A stretch of 63,833 nt of DNA, filler included, from Octopus bimaculoides (GCF_001194135.2; 4 parts of 4 records of this genome joined end to end with filler, not necessarily neighbours in it), one strand, 5' to 3'; positions 47,431 through 61,495 are shown, numbered from the whole stretch's first letter. Program-made: numbers and translations. Notes: generated from the sequence alone by a model not told the origin.

Positions 47431-48562
47431 AAAGCCTTCTTTAATTCATAAATTGTTATATATTCATTAACTGGAGAGTCAGAGAATCACTAGTTTTCTC
47501 AGATCTAGTTGTTTACTTCATATAAAAGGTGAAGTGGATTTCTGTGGGATTAGAACCCATGCTAGAAATGAGACAGAATACTGTGAGTTGTTTAGTTTTG
47601 CCTTCTACACTCGCTCCTAAACGCGCCATTTTGATCAATAGTAGTAAAAATATTTTAATTCCTGCCAGAAATTCTATTTACGAAAACTTTAGACTGAAAG
47701 TTAAATTGATATGAGGAGTCTTGTGCAGCAAGTATATATACATATGTACATTATATACATATATACAAAATGGCGGTGCCCCAGCATGGCCACAGCTCAT
47801 GAGCTGAAACTGGATAAAATGAAAAAAAATGAAAATTATATATACCTATACACATTATACATTGTATATATATANNNNNNNNNNNNNNNNNNNNNNNNNN
47901 NNNNNNNNNNNNNNNNNNNNNNNNNNNNNNNNNNNNNNNNNNNNNNNNNNNNNNNNNNNNNNNNNNNNNNNNNNNNNNNNNNNNNNNNNNNNNNNNNNNN
48001 NNNNNNNNNNNNNNNNNNNNNNNNNNNNNNNNNNNNNNNNNNNNNNNNNNNNNNNNNNNNNNNNNNNNNNNNNNNNNNNNNNNNNNNNNNNNNNNNNNNN
48101 NNNNNNNNNNNNNNNNNNNNNNNNNNNNNNNNNNNNNNNNNNNNNNNNNNNNNNNNNNNNNNNNNNNNNNNNNNNNNNNNNNNNNNNNNNNNNNNNNNNN
48201 NNNNNNNNNNNNNNNNNNNNNNNNNNNNNNNNNNNNNNNNNNNNNNNNNNNNNNNNNNNNNNNNNNNNNNNNNNNNNNNNNNNNNNNNNNNNNNNNNNNN
48301 NNNNNNNNNNNNNNNNNNNNNNNNNNNNNNNNNNNNNNNNNNNNNNNNNNNNNNNNNNNNNNNNNNNNNNNNNNNNNNNNNNNNNNNNNNNNNNNNNNNN
48401 NNNNNNNNNNNNNNNNNNNNNNNNNNNNNNNNNNNNNNNNNNNNNNNNNNNNNNNNNNNNNNNNNNNNNNNNNNNNNNNNNNNNNNNNNNNNNNNNNNNN
48501 NNNNNNNNNNNNNNNNNNNNNNNNNNNNNNNNNNNNNNNNNNNNNNNNNNNNNNNNNNNNNN

Positions 48563-49060
48563 TGGTGGTGGTGGTGGTGGTGGTGGTGGTGGTGGATGCT
48601 GTGATGACAGCAGCTAGTGATGGTGGCGATACTGGCGAAGCTGGCGGCGGCGGCGGCGGCAGTGATGGTGATGGTGGTGCCGGTAATGGTGGTAATGGTG
48701 GTGCTGGCTGTGGTGGTGCTGGTAGTGGTGGCGACGGCGGCGGCGATGATGATGATGATGATGATGATAGTGATGCTGGTGGTGGAGGCTTGGTGGTAAC
48801 AATACCGGAATATTGCTGGTATAACTGATAGTGATGTTGTTGTAGTTGTAGTTCTTATTAATAATGATGGAGGTGTTGAAGGTGCAGCCGCCGATGGTAG
48901 CGGTGACGATGTCGATATGCTCGTCGTGTAATTTGATGTTGTAGCATCACTGTTGTTGCTGTTGTTTGCGGCGGTGTCGTTATTTTTGGTGTTACAATCG
49001 TTGCTGTTGGAATTGTAATTGGTAGGACTATCTTTAATTACCGTTCTTCTTCTTATTATT

Positions 49061-49092
<32 letters not shown>

Positions 49093-49140
49093 TATTATTA
49101 TTACTGTTGTTGTTGTTGTTCTTGTTGTTCTTGTTAGCGG
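48563..49140. repeat. Degenerate GGT/GGC/GAT/GTT trinucleotide low-complexity field
   Basis: Direct inspection. Confidence 0.85.
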
Positions 49141-49803
49141 TTGAAGGATTTATTGTTGTTGTCTGTCCACAGAAAATAATTTCAGAATCATATTTGATAT
49201 TTGTTTTATTTTGTTTTTGTTTGCTTTTATTTTTATTACCAACGGATTTCAACATTTATTTATTTATTTATTTATTTATTTGTTTATTTATTTATTCCTC
49301 TAAATAAATGATAACTAATAGATAAATAAATAAATAAATAAATAGATAAAAACTTATAAATGGATGACTAATCAATGATGACTAATAAATGTATGCCTTA
49401 CTTTCTAATACAAGTCAACATTTCCGTACAAAATTGATGATTGTCTTCACTTCCAATGCAATATTTAATTATCAGCTAATATTTAATTTTGCAGACAACT
49501 GGAGACGATATTCTGAGAATGATTTTGCAATCTGTTGATGAGAATTGCTGCTGATTCTCTTCGATGTTTATCTTCTGCCCTCTTTCACATAATGCCAAAC
49601 ACAATTTGTGCAATGAGAGCAAGAAAAAAATCTCAAACGCTGTGTTTATTGAACGTTGTGTTTATTGAACGTTGTGTTTATTGATGTTGCTGGAGCCCAG
49701 GTCAAGTGTCCTGATAAAACAGACCTGCAGTCAAAGTTATAAGGTTATTCCATTCGTGGACATCTCATCTTTAGCAGAACATGTAAGACTACGTTGTCTA
49801 ATC

Positions 49804-50080
49804 CAGGGGGTTTCAAACTGTGGTCCGCGGACCACAGGGGGTCCGCAAGGACAAGACAGGGGGTCCGTAGACAGCAAATACTTTTTATGGGCAATTTGAC
49901 TTTATATATGTTTTCTAATCGAAATCTTTTAATTGACAATAAACCTATTTGTTAAATACTGTTAAATAAATAAATGCAAAAATATATGTTATTTTAAGCA
50001 AATATTTATGTATAAATTTCATAAGCGTTTATAAGGGGGTCCCTAAGGTAAAGCCTGAAATATAAAGGGGTCCGCAAGTC
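49804..50080 (+). mobile_element. hAT (Charlie-like) non-autonomous element, 3' TIR missing
   Basis: Starts CAGGGGGTTTCAAACTGTGGTCCGCGGACC with repeated GGGGTCC(G/C) subterminal motifs. Confidence 0.65.
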
Positions 50081-50605
50081 CGATCAACAGAACAGCCTGC
50101 TCGTGACCACGATCCTATGACCGCTGCCCTAACCACTCGGCCATTGCGCCTCCACGGGAGTAGTAGTAACTAAATTGTAACTGTATACTCCCTTCGCAAA
50201 AAAAAAGCCCCTGGAACCCCGAACTAGAGCCTAATCACTGGACGTAGTTCGAAGGTCTTGCTCAAGAAAAAAACTGTTTCCCAGATCTTAAAATGATTTT
50301 ATTCATTCATATGAACACAATATAAAGCATTGAATTATATAACTTCTACAGTCATTGAATAACATTATTGATTTCGGTATATTTATTGATTTATGTATGT
50401 CTTTTTACGATGCATTCCTGCAGTGGAGAGCTGTTGTTATTTTTACTATTCTTCTTGTTTTCGTTGTTTTTGTTAATGTTTTGTGGTCTGATTATTATTA
50501 TTTTTTTTTTTTTTTTTGGTTTTTGTGGGTTGTTTTTGTAGTCGTTTTCGTTGGATTTTGTTGTTATTGATTTTTGTTGCTGCTGGGCTTTTTTGTTACA
50601 TCTGC

Positions 50606-50660
<55 letters not shown>

Positions 50661-50882
50661 GCGGTCTTTCTTGTCACATGTTGTTGTTGTTGCAGCTGTT
50701 TTTATTGCTTTTGTTGTTATTGTTCGTCGTTGCCGATGTGGTCTATGTTGCTGTTTCTTCTTGATTTTTTTTTGTTTTGTTTTGTTTTGTTTTGTTTATT
50801 AATGTTGCTATTGCTATTTTATTTTCTTGCATCTGTAACTGCTTCTGTACCTGTGGCCATCACGATGATGATGGTGGTGGTA

Positions 50883-50982
50883 NNNNNNNNNNNNNNNNNN
50901 NNNNNNNNNNNNNNNNNNNNNNNNNNTTAATTAATTAANNNNNNNNNNNNNNNNNNNNNNNNNNNNNNNNNNNNNNNNNNNN
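50883..50982. other. Artificial scaffold join (44 N + TTAATTAATTAA + 44 N)
   Basis: Same 100-bp structure as 25149-25248. Confidence 0.95.
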
Positions 50983-51113
50983 ATATATATATATACACAT
51001 ATATACACACACATATATATATTATATATATTATATAATATATGCATATATATATAGTATATACATATACATATATATATATATATGCATATATATATAG
51101 TATATACATATAC

Positions 51114-51145
<32 letters not shown>

Positions 51146-51149
51146 ATAA

Positions 51150-51194
<45 letters not shown>

Positions 51195-51402
51195 TATGTA
51201 CATACAGACACACAGACAAATACACAGACTTGTACATTGGTATCAGACAAATGACTTGATCTAATAAAAGAGTTTTATACACACTCACACACACACTTAT
51301 ATATATATATATGTGTGTGTGTTTCTGTATATGTATATATACGTATATATATAAATACACACATTCACACCGATATACATATATGCACACACACACATGT
51401 CT

Positions 51403-51466
<64 letters not shown>

Positions 51467-51949
51467 GTATATACACACACATATGTAACTATATATATGT
51501 ATAGGTTTACTAGTCCCAGTTCTTGGTTTTAAATTGTAATGAATTTTTTTTTTTTTTTTTTTATATTGTAATCAACAGTTTGTAATAATGCTAACCCTAC
51601 TTAATTCTGTCTCTGTTCTTGAATTCACTTGCTCTATTAATGTAATTGCTGCTGCTATGTTGGTCTGTTTATATATTTCTTCATTACAGTCAAGTTTTTT
51701 TTTAATGATTTTTTTTCTTTTCCCTTTTTTCCCCGTTTACTGCTTCCTCAAGCAAACATGTTGATCTGGGTTGTAGTACCAGGAATAAATTGCTAATTAT
51801 AACTAATATATACTTGTGTTTGTGTATTTATCTTTTCGTTTGATTTTTACATTGAAGGGCAATGTAGCATATTAGTGAAATGTGCAGTGGATGCATAAAG
51901 GATGCAAAAAGAAATGGGATATATGTGTTCCACTGTATGTGCAATATTT

Positions 51950-52150
51950 CTTTCTAATTTTGGCAAAAGATCTGCAATTTTCAAGGAAGGGGCAAGTTAA
52001 TTACATCAACCCCAGTACTTGAATGGTACTTCTTTTATCAACCCTCAATGGATAAAAAGCCAAGTCGACCTCAGTGGAATTTGAATTCAGAACCTAATGA
52101 GTCAAATGAAGTATCATAAAGCGTCTTTTACCAGATTTTGCCAGTTCAAG
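51950..52150 (-). mobile_element. SINE family A (decayed)
   Basis: CAACCCCAGTACTTGAATGGTACTT..GTCGACCTCAGTGGAATTTGAATTCAGAAC. Confidence 0.75.
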
Positions 52151-52849
52151 TCTCACTCTAGGCTGTGTCATATTAACTCTTCATGAAACGGTGGAGCACA
52201 AATGAATTGAGGAAAAAACTGGATACACGAGGAAATAGATGCTATAGAGAACACTGAACTTCTAAATACATATGACAGTTTGGGTTGGAAGTGCTAAGTG
52301 ACCAAGGTGAGTGGAACCAGAGAAAGAATTGGGCCAAAGTGGTACAAGCTGAAGTGGTACAAGACTGAAGTGTATGACAGTTAATAAAGAGTCCCCACAA
52401 ATAGTGAAACACTTAGTAAGAAGTCGTATCACATTCACACAAATAAGTCGATATAAAAATGATGATTCACTTACTTTGCCAGGACATAAGAATCATGAAC
52501 GATTGATTACCAGATTTTTTTCTGGTGGCAGATATAATAAAACACTTTGTTTTTATATGGAATTTAATATTTCTGATGATATAAAGGAGAAAGATACAGC
52601 TCTATCTCTATTTATATAGGCTTATAGGGCCGGTTCCCAGATTCTCTCTATATCTAGTGTATACACTCCCCACTGAATGGGACGCCGGTTCTTTGCAGGC
52701 CAGTGATATCATGGATAATATTTAATAATATCTTATGGATGTGAAAATGTCCTCACAAATGAACATGAGGGATGCAGAAATGTATGTCGCAATACATTAA
52801 TAAAGTCTAAAAGTTTCCCTCCACAAGTCATTTTCAGTATTCCTACATA

Positions 52850-53985
52850 CAGGGTCTTGCAGATAAATTGAGACAATTTTTTATGATGCATAAAACTGGT
52901 TATAAATACTAAAATAATGGTAGTAGAGAGATATAATTTTAATGTAGCATTTATTACTACAAAAACATTTATCAACCAATATGGTTGCCCTTTTGGGCAA
53001 TCACTGCCTCCACACAAGAACGAAATTTTTGTCACAACCTCTGCCTTTTTCATTTTGTATGTCGCACGCATGATGCAAGTCTTCAAACTGTTGATACCTG
53101 AGTGTGGTGAAGCATTGGTCCTTGCTTGAAGTACGCCCATAAAAAGTAATCGAAAAGGTTGAGATCTAGGCTATTACTGGGCCAGATTTTGGCTCTCACA
53201 AAAAATGGCACCTTTTCACCAAGGAAGGTATGTGTTGCTTTTCACCCATAGCATGGTGCAGAATCCTGGATAAGCACAACATTGTCAAGCCTAAACTTTT
53301 GCTCCATCCAAGGTAACAGAGAGTTCTTCAGGATGTCCGGATATTCCTTTGTGTCGATCTTCATGCCATACTCAATGAAGTGTGGATCCATTACACATCC
53401 ATCACTCGCTACGGCTCCAAATACCATCACGGAGGTAGGATTCTTAGTCTCAAACACAGGGGTGACGTCAGAAGGGTTGTATGCAATCACTCGAGAATTT
53501 CTGCGTTTCACCTCAGCGTCCATAGTGAACTTTTCGTCCACTAACTCGAAAGTTTTTCCTGCACCTTGATGCTTGAGGAATGACAGAAACTTTGGGTATC
53601 TCTCGGCTCTGATTGCTTTGGCCTTGGCTGTTAGGAGGTGATGATGTCGAACATAACTAGTCATTGCCAAGGTTCCTGTTCACAGCTCTGAACACCATGG
53701 AAAGGGACACAGTGCGTTTCTTTACAAGCGTTGTCGTGGATGGGTTGGCTTCGATCGAACGTTTGAGACTAGCGAGAAACTTTGGATTGCACTTAAAATC
53801 ACTTCGAGTCTTGTGTTCTTTTCTATCAATCATTCTATCTTCCTTGAAATGGTTAATACTCACGACAAACTGCTGCTTTTGGAAGTTTCGTCAACTTAAC
53901 AATTTTATTGGCAGTGTGTCCGGCGCGCACCAAAGCAAAAATGGTGGAACGATTCTGTTGTCGAATCAGTTCGCTATTTACCTGA
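52850..53985 (-). mobile_element. Tc1/mariner DD37D (maT) transposon, decayed transposase
   Basis: LVDEKFTMD..KNPTSVMVFGAVASDG..QDSAP..WPSNSLDLNLFDY with 37 codons between the 2nd and 3rd Asp (counted). C-terminus VEAVIAQKGNHI*; 3' end TA-CAGGGTCTTGCAG at 52848-52862. Stops and frameshifts are present. Confidence 0.9.
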
Positions 53986-54019
53986 AAAATAAAGAGGGGG
54001 ACTAGATTTGAAGCAAGCA

Positions 54020-54150
54020 AGCAAGTGATCGTCGCAGAGCAACGTAAGATGAAGTGTTTTGCTCGACAACACTACGAACCATCTGGTTCAGGAATTGAAA
54101 CCACGACCTCTCGAACAATACCCTAACCACTTGGCCATGCACCTTCTACA
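54020..54150 (-). mobile_element. tRNA-derived SINE head/core (C/D-like)
   Basis: GAGCAACGTAAGATGAAGTGTTTTGCTCGAC..GAATTGAAACCACGACC..CCCTAACCACTTGGCCATGC. Confidence 0.65.
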
Positions 54151-54194
54151 CGTACTTCTATAATAACTATATAGGTGCTAATGTTGTGAAATCG

Positions 54195-54480
54195 CGTGGC
54201 CAAGTGGTTAGGGTGTTGCACACACGATCGCAAGACCGTAGTTTTGATTCTTGGGCTGGCAGCGCGTTATGTTTGTTTTTTTATGAGCAAGCATTTCATA
54301 CCAAATTGTTTCCATTCCACTCAACTAATCCCGCAACAGACTTGTGTTCCGTTCAGGAATAATGTTGGCCTGGCTGCCCAGTCAGCAGGATGCTGACTTC
54401 GAAAGCTACAACAATGCGAGGAAAAGTAGTGTGATCAGCGGTATGTTACAACATCCGATAGTGGTGGGGTCAGTAGAGTA
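54195..54480 (+). mobile_element. tRNA-derived SINE (C/D-like head, distinct tail)
   Basis: GCGTGGCCAAGTGGTTAGGGTGTTGCAC..CACGATCGCAAGACCGTAGTTTTGATTC. Confidence 0.65.
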
Positions 54481-54779
54481 ATACAGTGAAATATAAAGAT
54501 AATAATCAAATAAATATTATGCAGTAAGTCGATTCCTAATTAAATCAATAACAATGGTTTCAAATTTTTGCACAAGGCCAGCAATTTCGGGGGAGGGGGT
54601 AAGTCTTGTATAAATGTTTGTCTTGTATAAATGTTTGTCTTGTATAAATGTTTGTCTATTCCATGTCAGACTCTGCTTTCCTCGACGGATAGGCCTCTTG
54701 ATCAGGACAGATTTGTGCAATCTTACGCAAAAAAAAAAAATTAATAAATTCTTTGACGATCTTTTCCCTTTTAAAATTA

Positions 54780-54975
54780 TTTTGTCCCCACCAACATCGT
54801 TTGACAACCGATGCTGGTGTGTTTATGCCCCCGTAACTTAGCGGTTCGGCAAGGGAGACCAATAGAATAAGTACTAGGCTTACAAAGAATAAGTCCTGGG
54901 GTCGATTTGCTCGACTAAAGGTGGTGCTCCAGCATGGCCACAGTCAAATGACTGAAACAAGCAAAAGAGTAAAAG
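54780..54975 (+). mobile_element. SINE family B, 3' half
   Basis: GACAACCGATGCTGGTGTGTTTA..GAATAAGTCCTGGGGTCGATTTGCTCGACTAAAGG..GACTGAAACAAG. Confidence 0.9.
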
Positions 54976-55634
54976 TGTAAAGAGTATATATATATATATA
55001 TNNNNNNNNNNNNNNNNNNNNNNNNNNNNNNNNNNNNNNNNNNNNNNNNNNNNNNNNNNNNNNNNNNNNNNNNNNNNNNNNNNNNNNNNNNNNNNNNNNN
55101 NNNNNNNNNNNNNNNNNNNNNNNNNNNNNNNNNNNNNNNNNNNNNNNNNNNNNNNNNNNNNNNNNNNNNNNNNNNNNNNNNNNNNNNNNNNNNNNNNNNN
55201 NNNNNNNNNNNNNNNNNNNNNNTATATATATATATATATTTATTTATTTATTATATATACATGTTCTAACAGAAAATGTAATAATAACGCATCGAATATT
55301 AAGAAATTTAACTCTTTTTCTCATAGAAGGAGTTGCTTCCCTTTTTCTCCTGTCTTAACTTCTAAATTTCGTTAAGTAATAAGCTCCTCCATTTTTTTCC
55401 TGTGGGATGTTCCTCTGTCCCATTTTTCTTGCTGTTGATCTCACATCGGCTCTTAGATTTTTACGTCACATACAGATTTTTCAGATACCTCTAATACAAA
55501 CTTTAGCAATGTAGTGCATATAGTGGAATGGAGATTGTAGTCAGAAGGTGAAAATAGTTTGTTTAACTGTCGTGGCTGTTCTATCAGGAGAACATTTCGT
55601 TCTCTTTTACTGACTTTCATGATTCTGTTCGTAT

Positions 55635-55830
55635 TTTATCTTTTATTCATTGCGGCCATGCTGGGGCACCGCCTCGAACGGTTTAGCCGAGCAAATCGAC
55701 TCTGAGTACTTGCTTTTTTAAGCCTGATACTTATTTGTACATAGTTTATCGGTTTCTTTTGCCGAACCGCTAGAGTAGAGGAATGTAAAGAAACCAACAG
55801 CGGTGGTAGTAGCAGTGGTAGGACAATACC

Positions 55831-55877
<47 letters not shown>

Positions 55878-56038
55878 GATGAGCTTCTTTCAGTTTTTGT
55901 CTACCAAATCCACTCACATGGCTTTGGTCGGCCAGTGGCTATAGTAGAAGACACTTGCTTAAGGTGTCATACAATGGGAATGATCCCGGTATCATGCGAT
56001 TGGGAAGCAAACTTCATACCACACAGCCACGCCTGCGC
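55635..56038 (-). mobile_element. SINE family B
   Basis: Reverse complement with internal (CA)n; CTTCTTTCAGTTT..CTACCAAATCCACTCAC..ACACAGCCACGCCTGCGC. Confidence 0.85.
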
Positions 56039-56057
56039 TTATTTTGTAATCTCGGTC

Positions 56058-56157
56058 NNNNNNNNNNNNNNNNNNNNNNNNNNNNNNNNNNNNNNNNNNN
56101 NTTAATTAATTAANNNNNNNNNNNNNNNNNNNNNNNNNNNNNNNNNNNNNNNNNNNN
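56058..56157. other. Artificial scaffold join (44 N + TTAATTAATTAA + 44 N)
   Basis: Same 100-bp structure as 25149-25248. Confidence 0.95.
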
Positions 56158-56227
<70 letters not shown>

Positions 56228-59200
56228 TGGGACAGACAGATTGATAGATAGACAGACAGACATATAGATAGATACACTCAAATAAATGCGTGCACCCACA
56301 GTCAATGACATGCACCTAACACACACATGAGCGTTATCTCAATGTTGACGTTCTAGTCTGTTTCACATGTCTACCTTTTCCTTTTTTCTTTTCCTTTTTT
56401 TTTTCATTTTATCTAGTTTCAGCTCATGCTGGGGCACCGCCATTATATATTTTCTTATAAGACAAAGTCTTTAATAACTGATTCTTACAGACACCTACGT
56501 CATTATTGTGAGTGATTTTTTTCTTATACACTGTATTAAATTCACAGTTCTCTTCACGGAGTTCTTGCAAGATTACTGGGACACGACCATGACCTCTTTA
56601 CATATTTGGTTGTTGTTTACACAGGATCCACTCACACAGTTTAGTAAATAACATTCAGATGATTTCCATAAAATATATCAGTCTAGATATTTTCTCTTTC
56701 TTACGTGCTTTTTTTTATTTTATCGCTTTCATCTTGAAGAGAAATTCGTACCTTGGCTTATCCCAGTGTCTAACTTTCGAAAATAAAATCTCTTCATCGG
56801 GGTTTCGTGATTGACTACAAGTGTCCAAGCATGAATGCAAGTAATTATACCGTTTGACCACTAAAAATAATCTACATATTTTTAAATGATTAAAAAGTGC
56901 GTATGCCACGATTGATAGTAATTCTTTCTTTAATTGTGCTACAAACAATAGTGGCCCTATTGCGATACTCAAAGTCCTCCAAGTCCCCTACTTAACTTCA
57001 GTGACATTATTTCTTATTTTCTACGCACTTTTCTTCAAATTTTGATATACAGAAGACATATTGTATGTTAGAGTACATATATAAACTATGTAAACATTTT
57101 GGATAACAATAATTTGAATTAATTATATTGGTTGCTTTAATTCGGTCAGTATTAACTACTTCAGTGAGAAGACGATTATACACTCCGTCGATGTACTTGA
57201 GATAACGGCCATATCGACAAAACATTACATCTTACTATCCGAAAACCTTGAGGCACGCAATGGAAAATATGAAAGTAGCAACTCGTGAAATGCTTTAATG
57301 TTAAAGGATGTGATGCATTTTCCTTTTAAAACTTGGGAGTATAGTTTAATAACAACTCCACCACCACCACCGCCACCACCAACACCAACACCACCACCAC
57401 CACCACCATCATCATCGTCATCGTTGTCGTCGTCGTCATCATCATCATCACAGGCAGCAGCAGCAGCAGCAACAACAACAGCAAATAGAAGAAGAATACC
57501 AAATACTACGACAACAAAAGTAATGCTAATAAAATGCTAAATATTATCCTCATAAAAGAGTTTAGCGCTGGTTCATTATTAGCCCTTGTATACAACCATT
57601 CAACAGATAACATTTTCAACTAAGAAGGTGGTTCAAAACATACAAAACAAAATGTTTTGTATTATATCTCTTAACCTCTAACAAGTTCGAAAACTGTAAG
57701 TTTATATGGGTTCACATTCACATTGATCCTTTTCAGTTTGATCAAATAACTACCAAGCTTGAAATTGCAGCTGATTCATTTGACTGAACTTATTCCATAG
57801 ATTTGATGCCCTATGTCAATCAAAATCAATGCACTGTTCTTCCCCGCCCCCACCACTTCTGTGCGTGTCTCTCTTTCCATGTCTCTGCATATGTGTGTGT
57901 GTGTGTGTGTATGTCTGTGTGTATGTGTGTGTGCGTGTGTGTGTGTGTGTTTGTGCGTGTGATGTGCATGTGATTGACTGTGGGTGCACGCTTTTGTTTG
58001 AGTGTTTGTATCTCCCTTTTTGAAAACTTTAATAAAGAAAATTTTCGTTAGTGCACTAATAATTAAGAAAATGCAATAATTGATGAATGTTGCTTTCGCA
58101 TTTCATTTATTGAAATCTTCTTAACATTAATAACGGAAACCTGATTTCGAAGCATTGAGAAAGACACAGAATGTTTATTATTGATTAATTACATACCCCG
58201 CTCATACGTTCCCTCACTAATCGATATCAAAATTCTTCCCTTCCATCTTGCTCACGACTATACCTATTGGTAGAATAATCTCGTTAGTTTAAAAACACAA
58301 TGTTTTTTTGTTTTTTTACTCAAAGCAAATGTGCCCATTCCCTTAACTCATAGCCATGCTTTATAATAAATATATATTTTTCAAGTGAAACTAGTCTGTC
58401 TTATTTCTATTTGAGGTTTTTTTGTGAATGTGGAAAATTGCATGAGTGTGCGAGGATAAACGTGTGTGCGTGTGTTTATGCGCGCGCGCAGTGCTGCATA
58501 TGTGCGAAATATTTCGAAATTAACTATAGGTGTGTCATTTATCATAGGTCAAGCCCAAGGCTAATCTGGAGAATCGAGCAACAACATCATATGACACATT
58601 CCGATTTAAATCATAAATATTGCCATATTTATGATTATTGATGTCTTTAATATGGGAGAATCGTTTAATCAGCAGTAAAAATTAATGTTTGACTACAAAG
58701 TTATTACAATCAGCAAATGATAACATAACAAGCAACGTTGTGGGATATATGTTACTTTTTCTGCTGTTCTAATGCTCTCTTAGGAGCATGTCAATGGTTA
58801 TCGAACTATCTTACTGTGGTGGTGTTCAGATCCAAATCAAGTGGAATAAGCAGTAAATATATGAAGGATTAGATCTTCATATATCTAGGAATAGCCATCG
58901 ACAAAATGGTTTTTAAATGGTAATATTGTGGACTGTTAAACTCATCTTTCGAATGTTTTTGTACAATGTTTACATTGACATTCGATGGGTTCCGTTATCT
59001 AGTCTCAGCGGATCTTATTAATTAGTATGTAATATGTATGTGCGTGTGTGTGAGTATGTGTCTATACATGCGAACACACACATATGTTGCTCTTACATGC
59101 GTCATTCTCACAATATTAGAAAATATACCACTATTCGAAAAAGAGAATAGCCAATTTAGGAGTATATTGATATGGGTGACCAGAGGATTTCAGCAGTTTT

Positions 59201-59411
59201 CGCCAAACTGCACAAAATATATTTAAACTTTGTAATCTAAGCGCATGTGATTCTAATATCTATAGTAACTAAATGCTCAATTGAAAGGCTAGATATTCCA
59301 CATATATAAATACTGCCAATTTCATAACTTAGATCAAAATAAATAACGATTTTCGACTACTTTATTAAATTCAAATCCTGGAATAGGGAAAAAGAAAAAA
59401 AATCATGGAAT

Positions 59412-59447
<36 letters not shown>

Positions 59448-60168
59448 AGTATGGTTCATTTAAGTAAAAATGTAGTGGTCCACTAAAGCATGAAGATCAA
59501 ATGGAATAAATTAATAAACAGAAAGAAGAGGTGTTAAGTATATGCAGTGTAATTTATAAGTTTACAAACGAGTAGATCATGAGATATGAGCTTCCCTATA
59601 TAGCAGACGTATATAAAATCTTTCCTGTTTGTGCTTTTACAAATAATGGAAGAGAGTTCTAGCAATGAAAATCACCGAGAAAATGATGTTATCCAATAAA
59701 AAACTGTGTCATTTATAGAAAATGTAATACAGTTTGTGTGACCTCCATGCATTTATCAATGGCATTAGTGCTCTGAACGAAATTATATTACTTTACCTAC
59801 TAATGATCGAAAATAATGTGCGGTCTCAGCTCATTAGCCCCATTAAATCTTACACTTGGTGCTAATTAGTTCTGCATGTAAACGCAGGTGTACACTAATA
59901 CACACGCATGTACACGCATGCATAATTGAATAAGAAAGTTAATGGCTACGTCATCAATTTCGACAATGTGCAAGCTTCCTGTCAAATCAACTGAACATCT
60001 AGTCACTGAATTAGCATGTGATTCACTATTTCAGCAACGAGTACTCAATGTAATCCTCAGGAAGAATCAACGCCACAAACTTTGTGATAAACTTGCCTAT
60101 TTTGAAGTGTAATTAATGTCCATCAGACATATCACACAAACACACACATGCACAAACACACACACACT

Positions 60169-60215
<47 letters not shown>

Positions 60216-60351
60216 CCATGAACACACACACATACACAGCCTTGTTTGAGAGAAGCTAATTTCTTAATCGCACACATAAAAATTAGCATGGACATGTAAA
60301 CGTCTATAAGTTCATATAACTTCACACATTAATATGGATACTCATATATAA

Positions 60352-60384
<33 letters not shown>

Positions 60385-60527
60385 TTATGCACAGAGAAAA
60401 AATATGTATACATTATTTATAAAAATGTGTATGAAGTTATGGAACTATATAGTAGAATATGGAATTATATATCTGTTTGTGTGTTCATACATATATATGT
60501 GTATGTATGACTATATATGTATAAATG

Positions 60528-60560
<33 letters not shown>

Positions 60561-60567
60561 ATATATG

Positions 60568-60607
<40 letters not shown>

Positions 60608-61495
60608 NNNNNNNNNNNNNNNNNNNNNNNNNNNNNNNNNNNNNNNNNNNNNNNNNNNNNNNNNNNNNNNNNNNNNNNNNNNNNNNNNNNNNNNNNNNNN
60701 NNNNNNNNNNNNNNNNNNNNNNNNNNNNNNNNNNNNNNNNNNNNNNNNNNNNNNNNNNNNNNNNNNNNNTCATACATGGACATATATTTTTACGGATGAA
60801 TTATCACGCATACGCAGGCGCTTGTTTCTGATAGGATTTACATCACTTTTGACGATGATATAGCAACTGCCGAGTAATAAACAGAAGAAAGCGAGATAGA
60901 ATGATTAAAATCAAATAAAAAAATGTGTTATCATGTATGTCCATTGCTATAACGAGGAACAAAATGACTTCAACCAAGCGACATATCTACGGACATTGCT
61001 GGTAATCAAGACTGCTCCAGTGTACACTACGCATTCTATGTTCCCTTAACTACAGAAGTGACACTATTTCATTGTAACAAATTCCTGGCGAAGCACAGAT
61101 TGCTATTATGGGACCCACTGCCTGCTTAGAAAGAGTTTCAGTACTTAGTAAGCAAAGAAGATAATGATTACCACGACAATAATCAAGTTGAAGGAGGAAA
61201 TATAACATAACCGTTCCCGAATATATTATAAATTCCGTACACTGAAACTATGGAAATGGTTGTATTTCATTTTCTTAGACGTGTGGAATACACTAGCCAC
61301 CATAAAAGAGACAATGTGATATGTAGTCGTGGGATATATCAACGATGTGCTAAAATCGTTTTAGTAATCAAAAGTGTAGAGACAAGTCAGAATGACGAAC
61401 GCACCTCGGTTTCACAAAAAATTTTAAAAATAACAAAAATGCCCAATATTAAGTAAATGCAACTGAGTTGGTATAAGTGTGCTTTTGTCTTTTCC

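Noticed and set aside
52200-52330. Very old LINE fragment (KKLDTRGNRCYR..LGW)
   Set aside because: Resemblance to RTE/L2 C-terminal motifs is too short and degenerate to call.
58765-58855. Possible internal exon (pyrimidine tract + CTAAT + AG acceptor, two open frames)
   Set aside because: Weak donor (GTAAAT) and no recognisable peptide; unsupported without RNA data.
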